This document shows, in pieces, positions 42,488-53,386 of a stretch of 64,000 bases of DNA (its first letter is position 1; each line of letters opens with the position of its first letter). The position numbers were made by a program, and so were the translations under genes. Under the pieces are notes generated by a model. That model ran no database searches. It saw nothing but the letters and a program-made list of their open reading frames with translations, and was not told where the DNA came from. This DNA is from Rhodobacterales bacterium (GTDB taxonomy: Bacteria; Pseudomonadota; Alphaproteobacteria; Rhodobacterales; Rhodobacteraceae): assembly GCA_038251315.1 (NCBI GenBank), contig JBBSBK010000003.1, positions 5,324 to 69,323 of the forward strand, given 5' to 3'.

Positions 42488-42934
42488 CAGCTTCAGGGCA
42501 TGATCCCGCGCTGCCAGCCGGACCTTGGCGCGACCCAGCGGGCCGAATTCGACAGTTTCGGTCTGCGTTCCGCGCGAGGTGGCAACGCCGAAACACACCC
42601 GCCCCTCCGGCTTGTGCTCCGACCCGCCCGGCCCGGCGATGCCGGTGGTCGACACCGCGATGCGGGCGTCCGAGCGGGCGACGGCCCCTTGGGCCATTTC
42701 GGCCGCGATGGGTTCGGATACCGCGCCAAAACGGTCCAGCGTGGCCTGCGTCACCCCCAGCATCTGCACCTTGGCAGCGTTGGCATAAGTGACAAACCCC
42801 GAAACGAACGCCGCCGAACTGCCGGGCGTTTCGGTCAGCGCAGCGGCGATCATCCCGCCCGTGCAGCTTTCAGCCGTGGCGAAGGTGATCGACTTTTGCT
42901 TTGCTTCTTCAAGTATTTGCATGGCGATCTTCAT
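42461..42934 (-). CDS. CinA-family nicotinamide-nucleotide amidohydrolase (PncC-like)
   Basis: FATAESCTGGMIAAALT is the CinA C-terminal domain signature. Confidence 0.88.
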   Translation of the reverse strand: MKIAMQILEEAKQKSITFATAESCTGGMIAAALTETPGSSAAFVSGFVTYANAAKVQMLGVTQATLDRFGAVSEPIAAEMAQGAVARSDARIAVSTTGIAGPGGSEHKPEGRVCFGVATSRGTQTETVEFGPLGRAKVRLAARDHALKLLLTAIRAQ

Positions 42935-43422
42935 CGCATCAGCAGGCCATGTGCGATCCCGGCCAGGACGGCAACACCCAATGCGGCAAGCAGTCCGGCG
43001 ATCGCGTCGTCCAGCATGACGCCCAAGGGCCCTTGCTGCCTGTCAGCCCAACCAATCGGGCCGGGTTTCCAGATGTCGAACAGGCGGAAGAGCACGAATG
43101 CGGCGACCCATCCGGGCCACAGGGCAAGGATGCTCACGCCGTTGTTGGCCGCACCAAAGGCGATGGGAAGAAGCGCGATCCATTGGCCTGCTACTTCGTC
43201 AATCACGATTTCGGATGGGTCGTGATCCGCTTTCCCCTGCGTTTCCACAGCGGTGGCCCACCATCCCAAGGCAAAAACGATGGCCACGGCGAGGGTCAGA
43301 CCATAGGGACCAGTGACCAAGTATGTGATCCATGCGACGGGCAATGCGGCCAGCGACCCCCATGTTCCGGGTGCCGGGCGCAGATGGCCGACGTAGAAAA
43401 ACGTGGCGATCAGGTGGCTCAT
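42931..43422 (-). CDS. pgpA: phosphatidylglycerophosphatase A
   Basis: [16 protein letters not shown]...[10 protein letters not shown]...FRLFDIWKP are typical PgpA motifs. Confidence 0.88.
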   Translation of the reverse strand: MSHLIATFFYVGHLRPAPGTWGSLAALPVAWITYLVTGPYGLTLAVAIVFALGWWATAVETQGKADHDPSEIVIDEVAGQWIALLPIAFGAANNGVSILALWPGWVAAFVLFRLFDIWKPGPIGWADRQQGPLGVMLDDAIAGLLAALGVAVLAGIAHGLLMR

Positions 43423-44549
43423 CTCTTCACCAGCGTCGCTGTGGCAATGGCGGCGATGCCTTCACCCCGGCCGGTGAACCCCAGCTTTTCCGACGTGGTG
43501 GCCTTGACGCTGATCCGGTCTGCGTCAACCCCCATGATTCGCGCCATTTCGGCTTTCATCGCGGGAGCATGCGGGCCGACCTTTGGGTATTCGCAGATCA
43601 GCGTGCAATCGGCGTGCGTGATCGCGTAGCCCGCTTCGCGGGCCAGATCGCAGGCGTGGGTCAGGAAAATGTGGCTGGCCGCACCCTTCCATTGTGGGTC
43701 CGACGGTGGAAAATGCTGGCCGATGTCACTTTGTCCCAACGCACCATAGATCGCATCGGTGACGGCGTGCATGCCGACATCGGCGTCCGAATGCCCCTGC
43801 AGGGTGCGGTCATGCGGCACCCGGACGCCGCAAAGCCAGACATGGTCGCCGGGGCCAAAGCGGTGAACGTCAAAACCGTTGCCGGTGCGCACATCCATGT
43901 CATCTCCTAACAACATGGCCGCACGAACAAAATCGGCGGCAGTGGTGATCTTCATATTGGCGGGATCGCCGGGGGTGATGGCGACCTTCATGCCGGCAGC
44001 GCGGGCGACCGCGACATCGTCTGCGGCGTCGCCTCGATCCTGCGCGTAGGCCGTAACTATCGCCTGATAGTCGAACCCTTGTGGGGTCTGGGCACGGAAC
44101 AGGCCATCACGATTTTCGGTTCCGCTGACGATCCCATCACGGCCCCGCCAGAGTGCGTCGGTCAGTTGCAGGCCGGGCGCGGCTGCTGCGTGGGTGTCCA
44201 ACGCCGACATGACCGCTCTGATCACGGCGGCACTGACCAGCGGTCGGGCGGCGTCATGGATCAGTACGCGGGTCGGCGGATCGGCGGCAAGGGCCTCCAG
44301 ACCTGCCCGCACCGATGCGCCACGGGTTGCACCGCCGCTGACCACAGAAACTCCATCGCAATCAAGCAGATGCAGGTCGTCTTTATGCGCCACCACGACG
44401 ATACGATCGATGCCCGGATAGCCACGAAACGCCGTGATGGTCCGATCGATCACCCGATGTCCGGACAGATCGCGCCACTGCTTGGGTGGTCCTTCTCCGG
44501 CGCGGGTGCCGCGACCGGCGGCGACGATGATGACGGCGGTAGTGGTCAT
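43419..44549 (-). CDS. ispDF: bifunctional 2-C-methyl-D-erythritol 4-phosphate cytidylyltransferase / MECDP synthase
   Basis: N-terminal [13 protein letters not shown] (IspD) and C-terminal [16 protein letters not shown] (IspF). The ATG at 44549 was chosen. Confidence 0.95.
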   Translation of the reverse strand: MTTTAVIIVAAGRGTRAGEGPPKQWRDLSGHRVIDRTITAFRGYPGIDRIVVVAHKDDLHLLDCDGVSVVSGGATRGASVRAGLEALAADPPTRVLIHDAARPLVSAAVIRAVMSALDTHAAAAPGLQLTDALWRGRDGIVSGTENRDGLFRAQTPQGFDYQAIVTAYAQDRGDAADDVAVARAAGMKVAITPGDPANMKITTAADFVRAAMLLGDDMDVRTGNGFDVHRFGPGDHVWLCGVRVPHDRTLQGHSDADVGMHAVTDAIYGALGQSDIGQHFPPSDPQWKGAASHIFLTHACDLAREAGYAITHADCTLICEYPKVGPHAPAMKAEMARIMGVDADRISVKATTSEKLGFTGRGEGIAAIATATLVKR

Positions 44550-44713
44550 AAACCCCCTCGAGACGGTTTTGGACAGTCCTATGCGCAGTTTGCCGTTTGC
44601 GCAAATGTTGACTTTCCCAAAGCCCTTACGATGAATAATTGGGCATAAAATTGACTTCGCCCAAATTAACATCGGTCCGCATTGAAGCTGCCGGAGCGAG
44701 GCGCTAGGTCACG

Positions 44714-45727
44714 ATGAGCGCAACAACCGGCAGGCCCATGCCCGAACCGATCCAGATCGGCCCCATGTCCCTTGTTCCGCCCGTGGCCCTCGCGCCGCTG
44801 GCGGGAATCACAGATCTGCCGTTTCGTCAGTTGGTGGCCAGTTTTGGTGTCGGCTGGGTTGTGTCGGAAATGGTTGCAAGCCAAGAAATGGTGCAGGCCA
44901 AACCGGGGGTGCGCGAACGCGCCGAACTGGGCTTTGGGCAGGCCAATACCGCCGTGCAACTGGCCGGGCGCGAGGCCCATTGGATGGCCGAGGCCGCCCG
45001 CATGGTCGCCGCAAACGGGGCGCGGATGATCGACATCAACATGGGCTGCCCGTCCAAAAAGGTGACGAACGGCTATTCCGGGTCGGCGCTGCTGCGCGAT
45101 CTTGACCATGCGCTGACTCTGATTGATGCCGTGGTCGGGGCGGTCGATATTCCGGTGACGTTGAAAACCCGCCTAGGTTGGGACGACGCCCTGTTGAATG
45201 CCGCCGATCTGGCGCGGCGGGCGGAAAATGCAGGCATTCAGCTTATCACCATTCACGGACGCACCCGTTGCCAGTTTTACAAAGGTTCCGCCGATTGGGC
45301 TGCGATCCGGGTGATCAAGGATGCGGTCAGCATTCCGGTGATCGCGAACGGGGACATCACCGATATCTACAGCGCCCGCGCCGCGCTGACCCAATCGGGG
45401 GCAGATGGCGTCATGGTCGGGCGCGGTGCGCAAGGGCGGCCTTGGGTTCTCGCGCAGATTGCCGCCGGGCTGGGGCACGGTTCTGCCCCAAAGGTGCCGC
45501 AGGGTGCTGCATTGGCCGATATGGTGGCGGGTCATTACACCGCCATGCTGGGTTTTTACGGCAAGGCCTTGGGCAACCGCATGGCCCGCAAGCATCTGGG
45601 CTGGTATATGGACCACGCCGGCGCGCCCGCCCCCCTGCGCCATGAGGTCCTGACCGAATGCGATCCGGCTCGTGTGCTGCGCCTGATCCCTGACGCGATG
45701 ACAGCGCGTCAGCAGGTGGCGGCATGA
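44714..45727 (+). CDS. dusB: tRNA-dihydrouridine synthase B
   Basis: LAPLAGITDLPFR, DINMGCP and TIHGRTR motifs. Confidence 0.93.
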   Translation: MSATTGRPMPEPIQIGPMSLVPPVALAPLAGITDLPFRQLVASFGVGWVVSEMVASQEMVQAKPGVRERAELGFGQANTAVQLAGREAHWMAEAARMVAANGARMIDINMGCPSKKVTNGYSGSALLRDLDHALTLIDAVVGAVDIPVTLKTRLGWDDALLNAADLARRAENAGIQLITIHGRTRCQFYKGSADWAAIRVIKDAVSIPVIANGDITDIYSARAALTQSGADGVMVGRGAQGRPWVLAQIAAGLGHGSAPKVPQGAALADMVAGHYTAMLGFYGKALGNRMARKHLGWYMDHAGAPAPLRHEVLTECDPARVLRLIPDAMTARQQVAA

Positions 45728-46806
45728 TGCGGAATTCGGCCCTTTGGTCGTCACTGCCTGTGCCGGCGATTTTGGTGGCGGCCGACGACACGATAGCGGC
45801 GATCAATCCGGCGGCGGAATCGTTCCTGAACCTCGCATCCCGCGCCCTGATCGGGGCGCCAGTCTGGGACAAGGTAATGATCGCCGCCGATATCGAAGGG
45901 CCGTTCGGGCGGGCCCGCGAACACCGCAGTTCACTGTTCGTCAACGATGTCGACGTGGGCAGCGGCGAACGTGCGCCGATGCAGTGCAACATCCAGTTCG
46001 CGCCGCTTCAGGGGGCGGATGACCTGATGATCATGATGATCAGCCCACGCGAAATCGCCAGCCGGATGACCCAGAACGTCCAGACCGCCCGTGCCACCAA
46101 ATCCGCGATCGGCATGGCCGAAATGCTGGCGCACGAGATCAAGAACCCGCTGGCGGGCATCACTGGGGCGGCGCAACTGCTATCGATGGGCCTTGACCCC
46201 GCCGATCAGGAAATGACCGACCTGATCGTCGATGAATGTCGCCGCATCGTCAAACTGCTTGAACAGGTTGAACAGTTCGGCAATCTGCGCCCGCCTGCGG
46301 TGCGCGCCGTCAATATCCACGATGTGCTGGACCGGGTGCGACGGTCGGCGGCTGTCGGGTTCGGGGCGCATATGACGTTCATCGAGGACTACGACCCGTC
46401 CTTGCCCGGGGTGCTGGCTGACGCCGATCAACTGCTTCAGGTCATCATGAACCTCGTCAAGAATGCTTCAGAGGCAAGCACTGGCGGCACCATCCGCCTG
46501 CATACTTTCTACGACACATCGCTGCGTCTGCGCCGCGAGGATGGCACCCAAGCCCGTCTGCCGGTCCAGATCGAGATTATCGATGACGGCCCCGGCCTGC
46601 CCCCCGCGATCGCGGCGGATGTTTTCGAGCCGTTTGTATCCGGGCGCGAAAACGGAACGGGCTTGGGTCTGGCGCTGGTCAGCAAGCTGGTCGGCGATGT
46701 CGGCGGTTGGATCGCTGCGGATTCGGTGCCGGGCCGCACCGTTTTCCGCGTGTCGTTGCCACTGGCCCCCAAAGATGCCCCCGATGATGAAACTGGAGAA
46801 CCCTGA
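45724..46806 (+). CDS. ntrB: nitrogen regulation sensor histidine kinase NtrB
   Basis: PAS-like N-terminus, H-box [10 protein letters not shown], and an HATPase domain (NLVKNA, DDGPG, GTGLGL). Confidence 0.9.
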   Translation: MMRNSALWSSLPVPAILVAADDTIAAINPAAESFLNLASRALIGAPVWDKVMIAADIEGPFGRAREHRSSLFVNDVDVGSGERAPMQCNIQFAPLQGADDLMIMMISPREIASRMTQNVQTARATKSAIGMAEMLAHEIKNPLAGITGAAQLLSMGLDPADQEMTDLIVDECRRIVKLLEQVEQFGNLRPPAVRAVNIHDVLDRVRRSAAVGFGAHMTFIEDYDPSLPGVLADADQLLQVIMNLVKNASEASTGGTIRLHTFYDTSLRLRREDGTQARLPVQIEIIDDGPGLPPAIAADVFEPFVSGRENGTGLGLALVSKLVGDVGGWIAADSVPGRTVFRVSLPLAPKDAPDDETGEP

Positions 46807-48170
46807 TGGATGGCACTGTTCTTGTCGCCGACGACGACCGCACGATCCGCACGGTCCTGACGCAGGCGCTGACCCGCGCCGGATGCAAGGTGCATGCTAC
46901 ATCGTCGCTGGTGACGCTGATGCGTTGGGTCGACGAGGGCAAAGGTGATCTGGTGATTTCCGACGTCATCATGCCCGATGGCAATGGCTTGGAACAGCTA
47001 CCGCTGATTTCTGCTGCTCGCCCCGGCCTGCCGGTCATCATCATATCGGCGCAGAACACCATGATGACGGCGATACAGGCGACCGAGGCCGAGGCCTATG
47101 ATTACCTGCCCAAACCCTTCGATCTGCCCGATCTGATGAAACGCGCCGCCCGTGCGCTTGCCGTCAAACGCCGCACACCGGGGCCAAAGGCCTCGCCCGA
47201 CCGTCCGACCAACGATCTGCCGCTTGTCGGACGGACCCCGGCGATGCAGGGCCTGTATAAATTGGTCGCACGGGTGATGAACACCGCGCTGCCTGTCCTG
47301 ATCACGGGCGAAAGCGGCACCGGCAAATCGTTGATCGCCCGCGCGATCCACGACTTTTCGGACCGGCGCAATCTGCCCTTTGTCACCGTCAGCCCCGCCG
47401 ACCTTGACGGCATGGACGGCCCCGCCACCTTGCTTGCGCGCGCGCGCGGCGGATCGCTGCTGTTTGACGAGGTGGGCGATATGGACGCCAATGCCCAAAG
47501 CCGGATCGTCCGCATGTTGGACGGCCTGCCCGATAACGCCCCCCGGATCATGGCGACGTCGCAGATCGATCTGCAGAACCGGATCAGCGATGGGGGGTTT
47601 CGCGAGGATCTGTTCTATCGCTTGGGCGGGGTCACCATCGCCGTTCCGCCCCTGCGCGAAAGGGTGGACGATATCGCGCTGCTGGCAGACTATTTCCTGC
47701 AACGGGCCGAACGCGACGGGGCCAACCTGCGCAAGCTTGGTCCCAGTGCGCTGGACCTTGCCCGCGCCTACAGTTGGCCGGGCAACGTGCGTCAGTTGGA
47801 AAACGCACTGCGCCGTCTTGTCGCTACCGGCACCGAAGAAGAGGTAACGCGCGCCGAAATGGATGCCGTGCTGTCCAACCAGCCGGCGATGGAACCGCTG
47901 CGCACCGGAGGCGACGGTGAAAAACTGTCGGCGTCGGTAGCGCGCCATCTGCAACGCTATTTCGATCTGCACGGTGGGATGTTGCCACCTGCGGGCCTGT
48001 ACCCGCGCATCCTTCGGGAGGTCGAGGGACCATTGATCGAAATCGCGCTGGATGCCACCGGCGGAAATCAGGCCAAATGTGCCGATTTGCTTGGCATCAA
48101 CCGCAATACCTTGCGCAAGAAGATCACCGAGTTGGATATCCGCGTGACACGCCGCCGCAAGTTGATGTAA
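46806..48170 (+). CDS. ntrC: nitrogen regulation response regulator NtrC (sigma54 activator)
   Basis: Receiver domain, an AAA+ domain (GESGTGKS) and a Fis-type HTH. The ATG overlaps the ntrB TGA. Confidence 0.93.
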   Translation: MDGTVLVADDDRTIRTVLTQALTRAGCKVHATSSLVTLMRWVDEGKGDLVISDVIMPDGNGLEQLPLISAARPGLPVIIISAQNTMMTAIQATEAEAYDYLPKPFDLPDLMKRAARALAVKRRTPGPKASPDRPTNDLPLVGRTPAMQGLYKLVARVMNTALPVLITGESGTGKSLIARAIHDFSDRRNLPFVTVSPADLDGMDGPATLLARARGGSLLFDEVGDMDANAQSRIVRMLDGLPDNAPRIMATSQIDLQNRISDGGFREDLFYRLGGVTIAVPPLRERVDDIALLADYFLQRAERDGANLRKLGPSALDLARAYSWPGNVRQLENALRRLVATGTEEEVTRAEMDAVLSNQPAMEPLRTGGDGEKLSASVARHLQRYFDLHGGMLPPAGLYPRILREVEGPLIEIALDATGGNQAKCADLLGINRNTLRKKITELDIRVTRRRKLM

Positions 48171-48279
48171 AACCGCAACAGAACCGTGGCCCCAGAGTCG
48201 CAAGCCCCATGGCTGGCTTTGGCGGAACCACGCAATCGGCGGTTTCCGGGGGTCACGCCCCGGTCGGGGGAATCGGGCG

Positions 48280-50535
48280 TTGCGCGCACAGCGAACCCTT
48301 TTGGGCATCAACTTTGCCACGTTCAGCCGCTGGCGCCGCCAGCGTCGGGTGCAGAATGCTGGCACGCTGGGACTTGTCCTGTTGGGGCCGGTTCTTGCCG
48401 GGCTGACGTTTACTGTTCTGGGACCGCTGGATCAGGGCAGCAATGGGCCGTGGCTGCGGATCATCCTGCTGGCCGATCTGGTTTACATCCTGCTGGTCGC
48501 CGCTTTGGTCATGCAGCGGGTCGCACAACTGGTGATCGCGCGGCGGGCCCGTTCCGCAGGATCGCGGTTGCATCTGCGGCTGACCGGGGTGTTCGCCCTT
48601 CTGGCGCTGATTCCGACGGTTCTGGTCGCGGTCTTTGCCACCCTATCGATCAACGTCGGGCTTGAGGGGTGGTTTTCCGAAAGAGTGCAGAATGTCCTGT
48701 CGACATCGCTGTCGGCCGCACAGGCCTATGAGGACGAACACCGTGCCGAACTGCGCCGCGATGGCGAGGCACTGGCAGGGTTCCTGAATACTGAACGGCA
48801 GAAGAATTTCTTTATGTCTGACGGTGAAATCCGGCAGGCTTTGGGCCGGGTACAGGGCCAGATTGAACGCGGATTGACTGCGGCCTTCGTGATCGACAGC
48901 GCGGGCGAGATCAAGGCACGTGGCGCCCGGTCCTATGAATTCGGCTATGAACGTCCCGATGCGACCCGGTTTGCCGAGGCCGATGAAAAGGGCATTGCCA
49001 TCGTCGAGGACTATGCCAACGACGAATTTCGCGCTTTAATCCCGCTGGATGCGTTTCTGGACCGCTATCTGTTCGTCAGCCGAGCGGTTGACGGGTCGAT
49101 TCTGTCGCTGCTCGACGATACCAAACAGACCGTGACGCTGTACCAGCAATTGGAATCCGACCGGGGCCGTCTGCTGTTCGAATTCGGGCTGCTGTATCTG
49201 GGGTTTGCGGTGATCCTGATTCTGGCGGCGATCTGGCTGGGTTTGTGGTTCGCCGAACGGCTGTCGCGTCCGGTCGGGCGGTTGGTCACGGCCTCGCAGA
49301 GGGTGGGCGCAGGCGATCTCGACGTGCGCGTGATCGAGGATGACGGCGACGACGAAATCGCCCAGCTTGGCCACTATTTCAACCAGATGACCGGGCAACT
49401 CAAGGAACAGCGCGCGGCGCTGCTGGAAAACACCGCGCAGATCGAACAACGCGGTCGGTTGTTCGATTCGGTGCTGAATTCGGTGACATCTGGAGTTGTG
49501 GGTCTCGATGCACGGGGCAAGGTGACGTTCGTGAACCCCTCGGCCCGCCGCCTGCTGGTTGTCGGACAGAAGGATACCGAACGGGCGCTGTCGACCGCCG
49601 TCCCTGAATTCGCGCCGCTGTTCGAGGAATTGCGCACCGAAGCGCGGCGCGTCGTGCAAGGGCAGGTCAACCTGATCCGCAGTGGCAATCAGGAAACCCT
49701 GCTGGTGCGGATGGCACCGAGACGCACCGAGGACGGCAACCTCGAAGGCTATGTCGTTGCCTTTGACGACGTCACCGATCTGGTCAGCGCGCAGCGGATG
49801 GCAGCCTGGGGCGATGTCGCACGCCGAATCGCGCATGAGATCAAGAACCCGTTGACGCCGATCCAGCTTTCTGCTGAAAGGATTAAACGCAAGTTCCGCT
49901 CGAAAGTCGGCGACGAGGCTGAAGCGCTTGACCAGATGACCGATGTGATCGTCAGGCAAACCAATGACTTGCGCCGCATCGTTGATGAGTTTTCGAAATT
50001 CGCGCGGATGCCGGAACCCGAGCGTTTGACCAACGACCTGACCAAACTGGTGCGCGACGCGATAACCTTGCAGGAGGCCGGACAACCCGATGTGGTATTC
50101 GTGTCGACCTTGCCTGCCACGCCGGTTCTGGCCGAGGTCGACAGCACGATGATCAGCCAGGCCCTCACAAATCTGATCAAGAACGCAGGTGAAGCCATTG
50201 AAACACTGTCCGAAAAAGGTGTAGCGGACAGCTTCACCCCGGAAATCCGGGTGACGCTTAGCACCGACGGCGATCATGCCCGGATCACCATTGCCGACAA
50301 CGGCATCGGTCTGCCCCAAGACCGGGCCCGCCTGTTCGAACCCTATGTGACCACCCGCGACAAGGGCACCGGTCTAGGCCTGCCCATCGTCAAGAAGATC
50401 ATCGAAGAACATGGCGGCACCCTGCGCCTGGAGGATGCTCCGCAATTTGACGGCAGCGGTCGCGTCGGCGCGATGGCCGTCATCGACCTGCCTGTGATGC
50501 GCATCGGCGCACAGGCCAACAAGATACTAGCGTGA
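48280..50535 (+). CDS. ntrY: sensor histidine kinase NtrY
   Basis: N-terminal TM helices, HAMP, PAS, H-box HEIKNPLTPI and an HATPase domain. The start codon is uncertain. Confidence 0.9.
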   Translation: MRAQRTLLGINFATFSRWRRQRRVQNAGTLGLVLLGPVLAGLTFTVLGPLDQGSNGPWLRIILLADLVYILLVAALVMQRVAQLVIARRARSAGSRLHLRLTGVFALLALIPTVLVAVFATLSINVGLEGWFSERVQNVLSTSLSAAQAYEDEHRAELRRDGEALAGFLNTERQKNFFMSDGEIRQALGRVQGQIERGLTAAFVIDSAGEIKARGARSYEFGYERPDATRFAEADEKGIAIVEDYANDEFRALIPLDAFLDRYLFVSRAVDGSILSLLDDTKQTVTLYQQLESDRGRLLFEFGLLYLGFAVILILAAIWLGLWFAERLSRPVGRLVTASQRVGAGDLDVRVIEDDGDDEIAQLGHYFNQMTGQLKEQRAALLENTAQIEQRGRLFDSVLNSVTSGVVGLDARGKVTFVNPSARRLLVVGQKDTERALSTAVPEFAPLFEELRTEARRVVQGQVNLIRSGNQETLLVRMAPRRTEDGNLEGYVVAFDDVTDLVSAQRMAAWGDVARRIAHEIKNPLTPIQLSAERIKRKFRSKVGDEAEALDQMTDVIVRQTNDLRRIVDEFSKFARMPEPERLTNDLTKLVRDAITLQEAGQPDVVFVSTLPATPVLAEVDSTMISQALTNLIKNAGEAIETLSEKGVADSFTPEIRVTLSTDGDHARITIADNGIGLPQDRARLFEPYVTTRDKGTGLGLPIVKKIIEEHGGTLRLEDAPQFDGSGRVGAMAVIDLPVMRIGAQANKILA

Positions 50536-50542
50536 GGATAGC

Positions 50543-51946
50543 ATGACCGACATTCTGATTACCGACGACGAACGCGACATCCGGGAACTGATCTCGGATA
50601 TCCTCAAGGACGAGGGGTTTCAGACCCGGCTGGCGGGGAACTCCGACCAGTGCATGGCAGAAATCGCCAAGGCGAAGCCGGCGCTCATGATCCTTGATAT
50701 CTGGCTGAAAGACAGCGGGATGGACGGGATCGACATCCTGAAGGCGGTCAAGCGCGACCATCCCGATATTCCAATCGTCATCATTTCAGGCCACGGCAAC
50801 ATCGAAATTGCTGTCGCTGCGATCAAGCAGGGGGCTTACGATTTCATCGAAAAGCCGTTCAATATAGACCAGTTGATGGTGGTGATCCGGCGGGCAATGG
50901 AAACATCGCGCCTGCGCCGCGAAAATCAGGAGTTAAAGCGCGGCGATGGCCCGAGTGCCGACATGCTGGGCGATAGCTCGGCCTTTCGGGCGCTGAAATC
51001 GCAACTCGACAAGGTGACGAAATCGAATGGTCGGGTGATGCTGACCGGCCCCGCAGGATCGGGCAAGGAAATTGCCGCACGCTATATCCACGCCAATTCG
51101 GGGCGGGCGAGTGAACCGTTTGTCACGGTCAGCAGCGCCTCTGTCCTGCCGGAACGCATGGAAGAGGTGCTGTTCGGGCGTGAAAGCCCGGAACGTGGGA
51201 TCGAAAAGGGGCTGCTCGAACAGGCCAGCGGCGGCGTGATCTATTTCGACGAGGTGGCGGACATGCCGCTGGGCACGCAAGGCAAAATCCTGCGGGTACT
51301 GGTCGACCAGACATTTACCCGCGTCGGCGGCACCGACAAGGTGCAGGTCGATCTGCGTGTCGTGTCGTCCACGAACCGCGATCTGGCCGCCGAAATCGCT
51401 GCCGGAACGTTTCGTCAGGAACTGTTTCACCGTTTGAATGTGGTGCCGATCCATGTCCCCAGCCTCGAAGATCGGCGCGAGGATATTCCGCTGCTGGCGG
51501 AACACTTCATCGCCGTATTCAATCAGGTGCAGGGCCTTCCGCTGCGCAAGCTGGCCGAGGATGCGCGCGCCTTGTTGCAGACGATGATCTGGCCGGGCAA
51601 CGTGCGACAGTTGAAAAACGTGGTCGAACGTGTGCTGATCCTTGGCGACGCCAGCGGCGACATCAGCGCCCGTGAACTGCCCAGTCAAGACGACAGCGAG
51701 GGGGGCGAAAGCCGAATCGTGCTGTCGGGCGGCTTGGCCACGCTGCCGCTGCGCGAGGCGCGCGAGTTGTTCGAACGCGAATATCTGCTCACCCAGATCA
51801 ACCGGTTCGGCGGCAATATCAGCCGCACCGCATCGTTCGTCGGGATGGAGCGATCGGCGTTGCACCGCAAGCTGAAAAGCCTGGGCGTCGTCACCGCCAA
51901 CAAGGCCGGGGGCCGCATCGCGTTCATCGAAGATGACGAGGCATGA
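50543..51946 (+). CDS. ntrX: response regulator NtrX
   Basis: Receiver domain plus an AAA+-like domain (GPAGSGKE) plus a C-terminal HTH. Follows ntrY. Confidence 0.9.
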   Translation: MTDILITDDERDIRELISDILKDEGFQTRLAGNSDQCMAEIAKAKPALMILDIWLKDSGMDGIDILKAVKRDHPDIPIVIISGHGNIEIAVAAIKQGAYDFIEKPFNIDQLMVVIRRAMETSRLRRENQELKRGDGPSADMLGDSSAFRALKSQLDKVTKSNGRVMLTGPAGSGKEIAARYIHANSGRASEPFVTVSSASVLPERMEEVLFGRESPERGIEKGLLEQASGGVIYFDEVADMPLGTQGKILRVLVDQTFTRVGGTDKVQVDLRVVSSTNRDLAAEIAAGTFRQELFHRLNVVPIHVPSLEDRREDIPLLAEHFIAVFNQVQGLPLRKLAEDARALLQTMIWPGNVRQLKNVVERVLILGDASGDISARELPSQDDSEGGESRIVLSGGLATLPLREARELFEREYLLTQINRFGGNISRTASFVGMERSALHRKLKSLGVVTANKAGGRIAFIEDDEA

Positions 51947-52009
51947 ATTGACCAAGCCCGCGCTGTCTGTCACCACCCGGCCTGTATCGGACCGGACCGG
52001 GGAACCCCT

Positions 52010-53386
52010 ATGAAAGTCATCATCTGCGGCGCCGGTCAGGTTGGCTGGCAGATCGCCAAGCATCTGTCCGGTGAAAAGAACGACGTCACAGTCGTCGATA
52101 TTGACGCCGATCTGGTCCGCCGCGCCACCGAAACGCTGGACGTTCAGGGGGTGACGGGGCACGCGAGCTACCCCGATGTGCTGGCCCGTGCTGGGGCGCG
52201 CGACGCCGACATGATCATCGCCGCCACCCATAGCGACGAGGTGAACATGGTGACCTGTCAGGTCGCTCATTCGGTGTTCGATATCAGCCGCAAGATTGCC
52301 CGGCTGCGCGCCCAAAGCTATTTGGACGCGATCTATGCCGACTTGTACCGTCGCGACCATTTGCCCATCGACGTGGTCATCAGCCCTGAAAAGGAAGTGG
52401 CCGAAGCGGCGTTGCAGCGCCTTGCCGCCCCCGCCGCCTTCGACACTGAAAGCTTTCTGGATGACAAGGCGCAACTGCTCGGCATCACGATCGATGACAA
52501 TTGCCCGGTTATCAACACCGCCCTGCGTCAGCTGACTGATCTGTTTTCAACCCTGCACGCCGTGGTCGTCGGGATTCGGCGCGAGGGCAAGCTGTTTGCA
52601 CCGTCGGCTGACGATCAGATTTTTGTGGGCGACGACTGCTATGTTTTCAGCAGCAACCAGGACATGGCGCGGACACTGGAAATATTCGGCAAGGTGCAGG
52701 GCAAACTGGAGCGGGTGGTCATCATCGGCGGCGGCAATGTCGGGTTGGGCGTGGCGCTCCAACTTGAACAGCGCACCGAAAAGGTGCGTGTCAAGATGAT
52801 CGAACGCGATCAGGCACAGGCTGAAGCGGCGGCAGATGCGCTGAACCGGACAATCGTTCTTTTGGGCGACGGGCTGGACGCTGCTCTGCTGGAAGAGGCC
52901 CATATCAGCAGCGCCGACGCTGTCCTGGCGGTGACGGACGATGACAAGACCAACATTCTCGCAGCCGTCAGGGCCAAGGCGCTGGGGTGCCCGATGGCGA
53001 TCTGTCTGATCAACGATCCGACCCTTATCGGGCTGATGTCGGCGATGGATATCGACGCCTATATCAACCCGCGATCGACCACCGTGAGTTCGATCCTGCG
53101 CCATATCCGGCATGGCCGGGTCCGCGCCGTCTATTCGATCGGCGACGCCGAAGCCGAGATGATCGAGGCGCAGGTACTTGGCACCTCGCCGATGGCAGGC
53201 CAGCGGATCCGTGATATTGCGTTCCCAGAAGGTGTTCTGATCGGGTCGGTGATGAAGGCGGGCGAACTTCTCAAACCCACCGGCGCATTGCGGATCGAGG
53301 AAAACGACGTCGTCGCGATCTTTGCCATGTCCGCCGATGTTCCCGAGGTGGAACGCCTTCTGCAAGTCTCGATCGATTTCTTCTGA
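52010..53386 (+). CDS. trkA: Trk system potassium uptake protein TrkA
   Basis: MKVIICGAGQVG and a second GGGNVG Rossmann motif; duplicated RCK architecture. Confidence 0.93.
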   Translation: MKVIICGAGQVGWQIAKHLSGEKNDVTVVDIDADLVRRATETLDVQGVTGHASYPDVLARAGARDADMIIAATHSDEVNMVTCQVAHSVFDISRKIARLRAQSYLDAIYADLYRRDHLPIDVVISPEKEVAEAALQRLAAPAAFDTESFLDDKAQLLGITIDDNCPVINTALRQLTDLFSTLHAVVVGIRREGKLFAPSADDQIFVGDDCYVFSSNQDMARTLEIFGKVQGKLERVVIIGGGNVGLGVALQLEQRTEKVRVKMIERDQAQAEAAADALNRTIVLLGDGLDAALLEEAHISSADAVLAVTDDDKTNILAAVRAKALGCPMAICLINDPTLIGLMSAMDIDAYINPRSTTVSSILRHIRHGRVRAVYSIGDAEAEMIEAQVLGTSPMAGQRIRDIAFPEGVLIGSVMKAGELLKPTGALRIEENDVVAIFAMSADVPEVERLLQVSIDFF

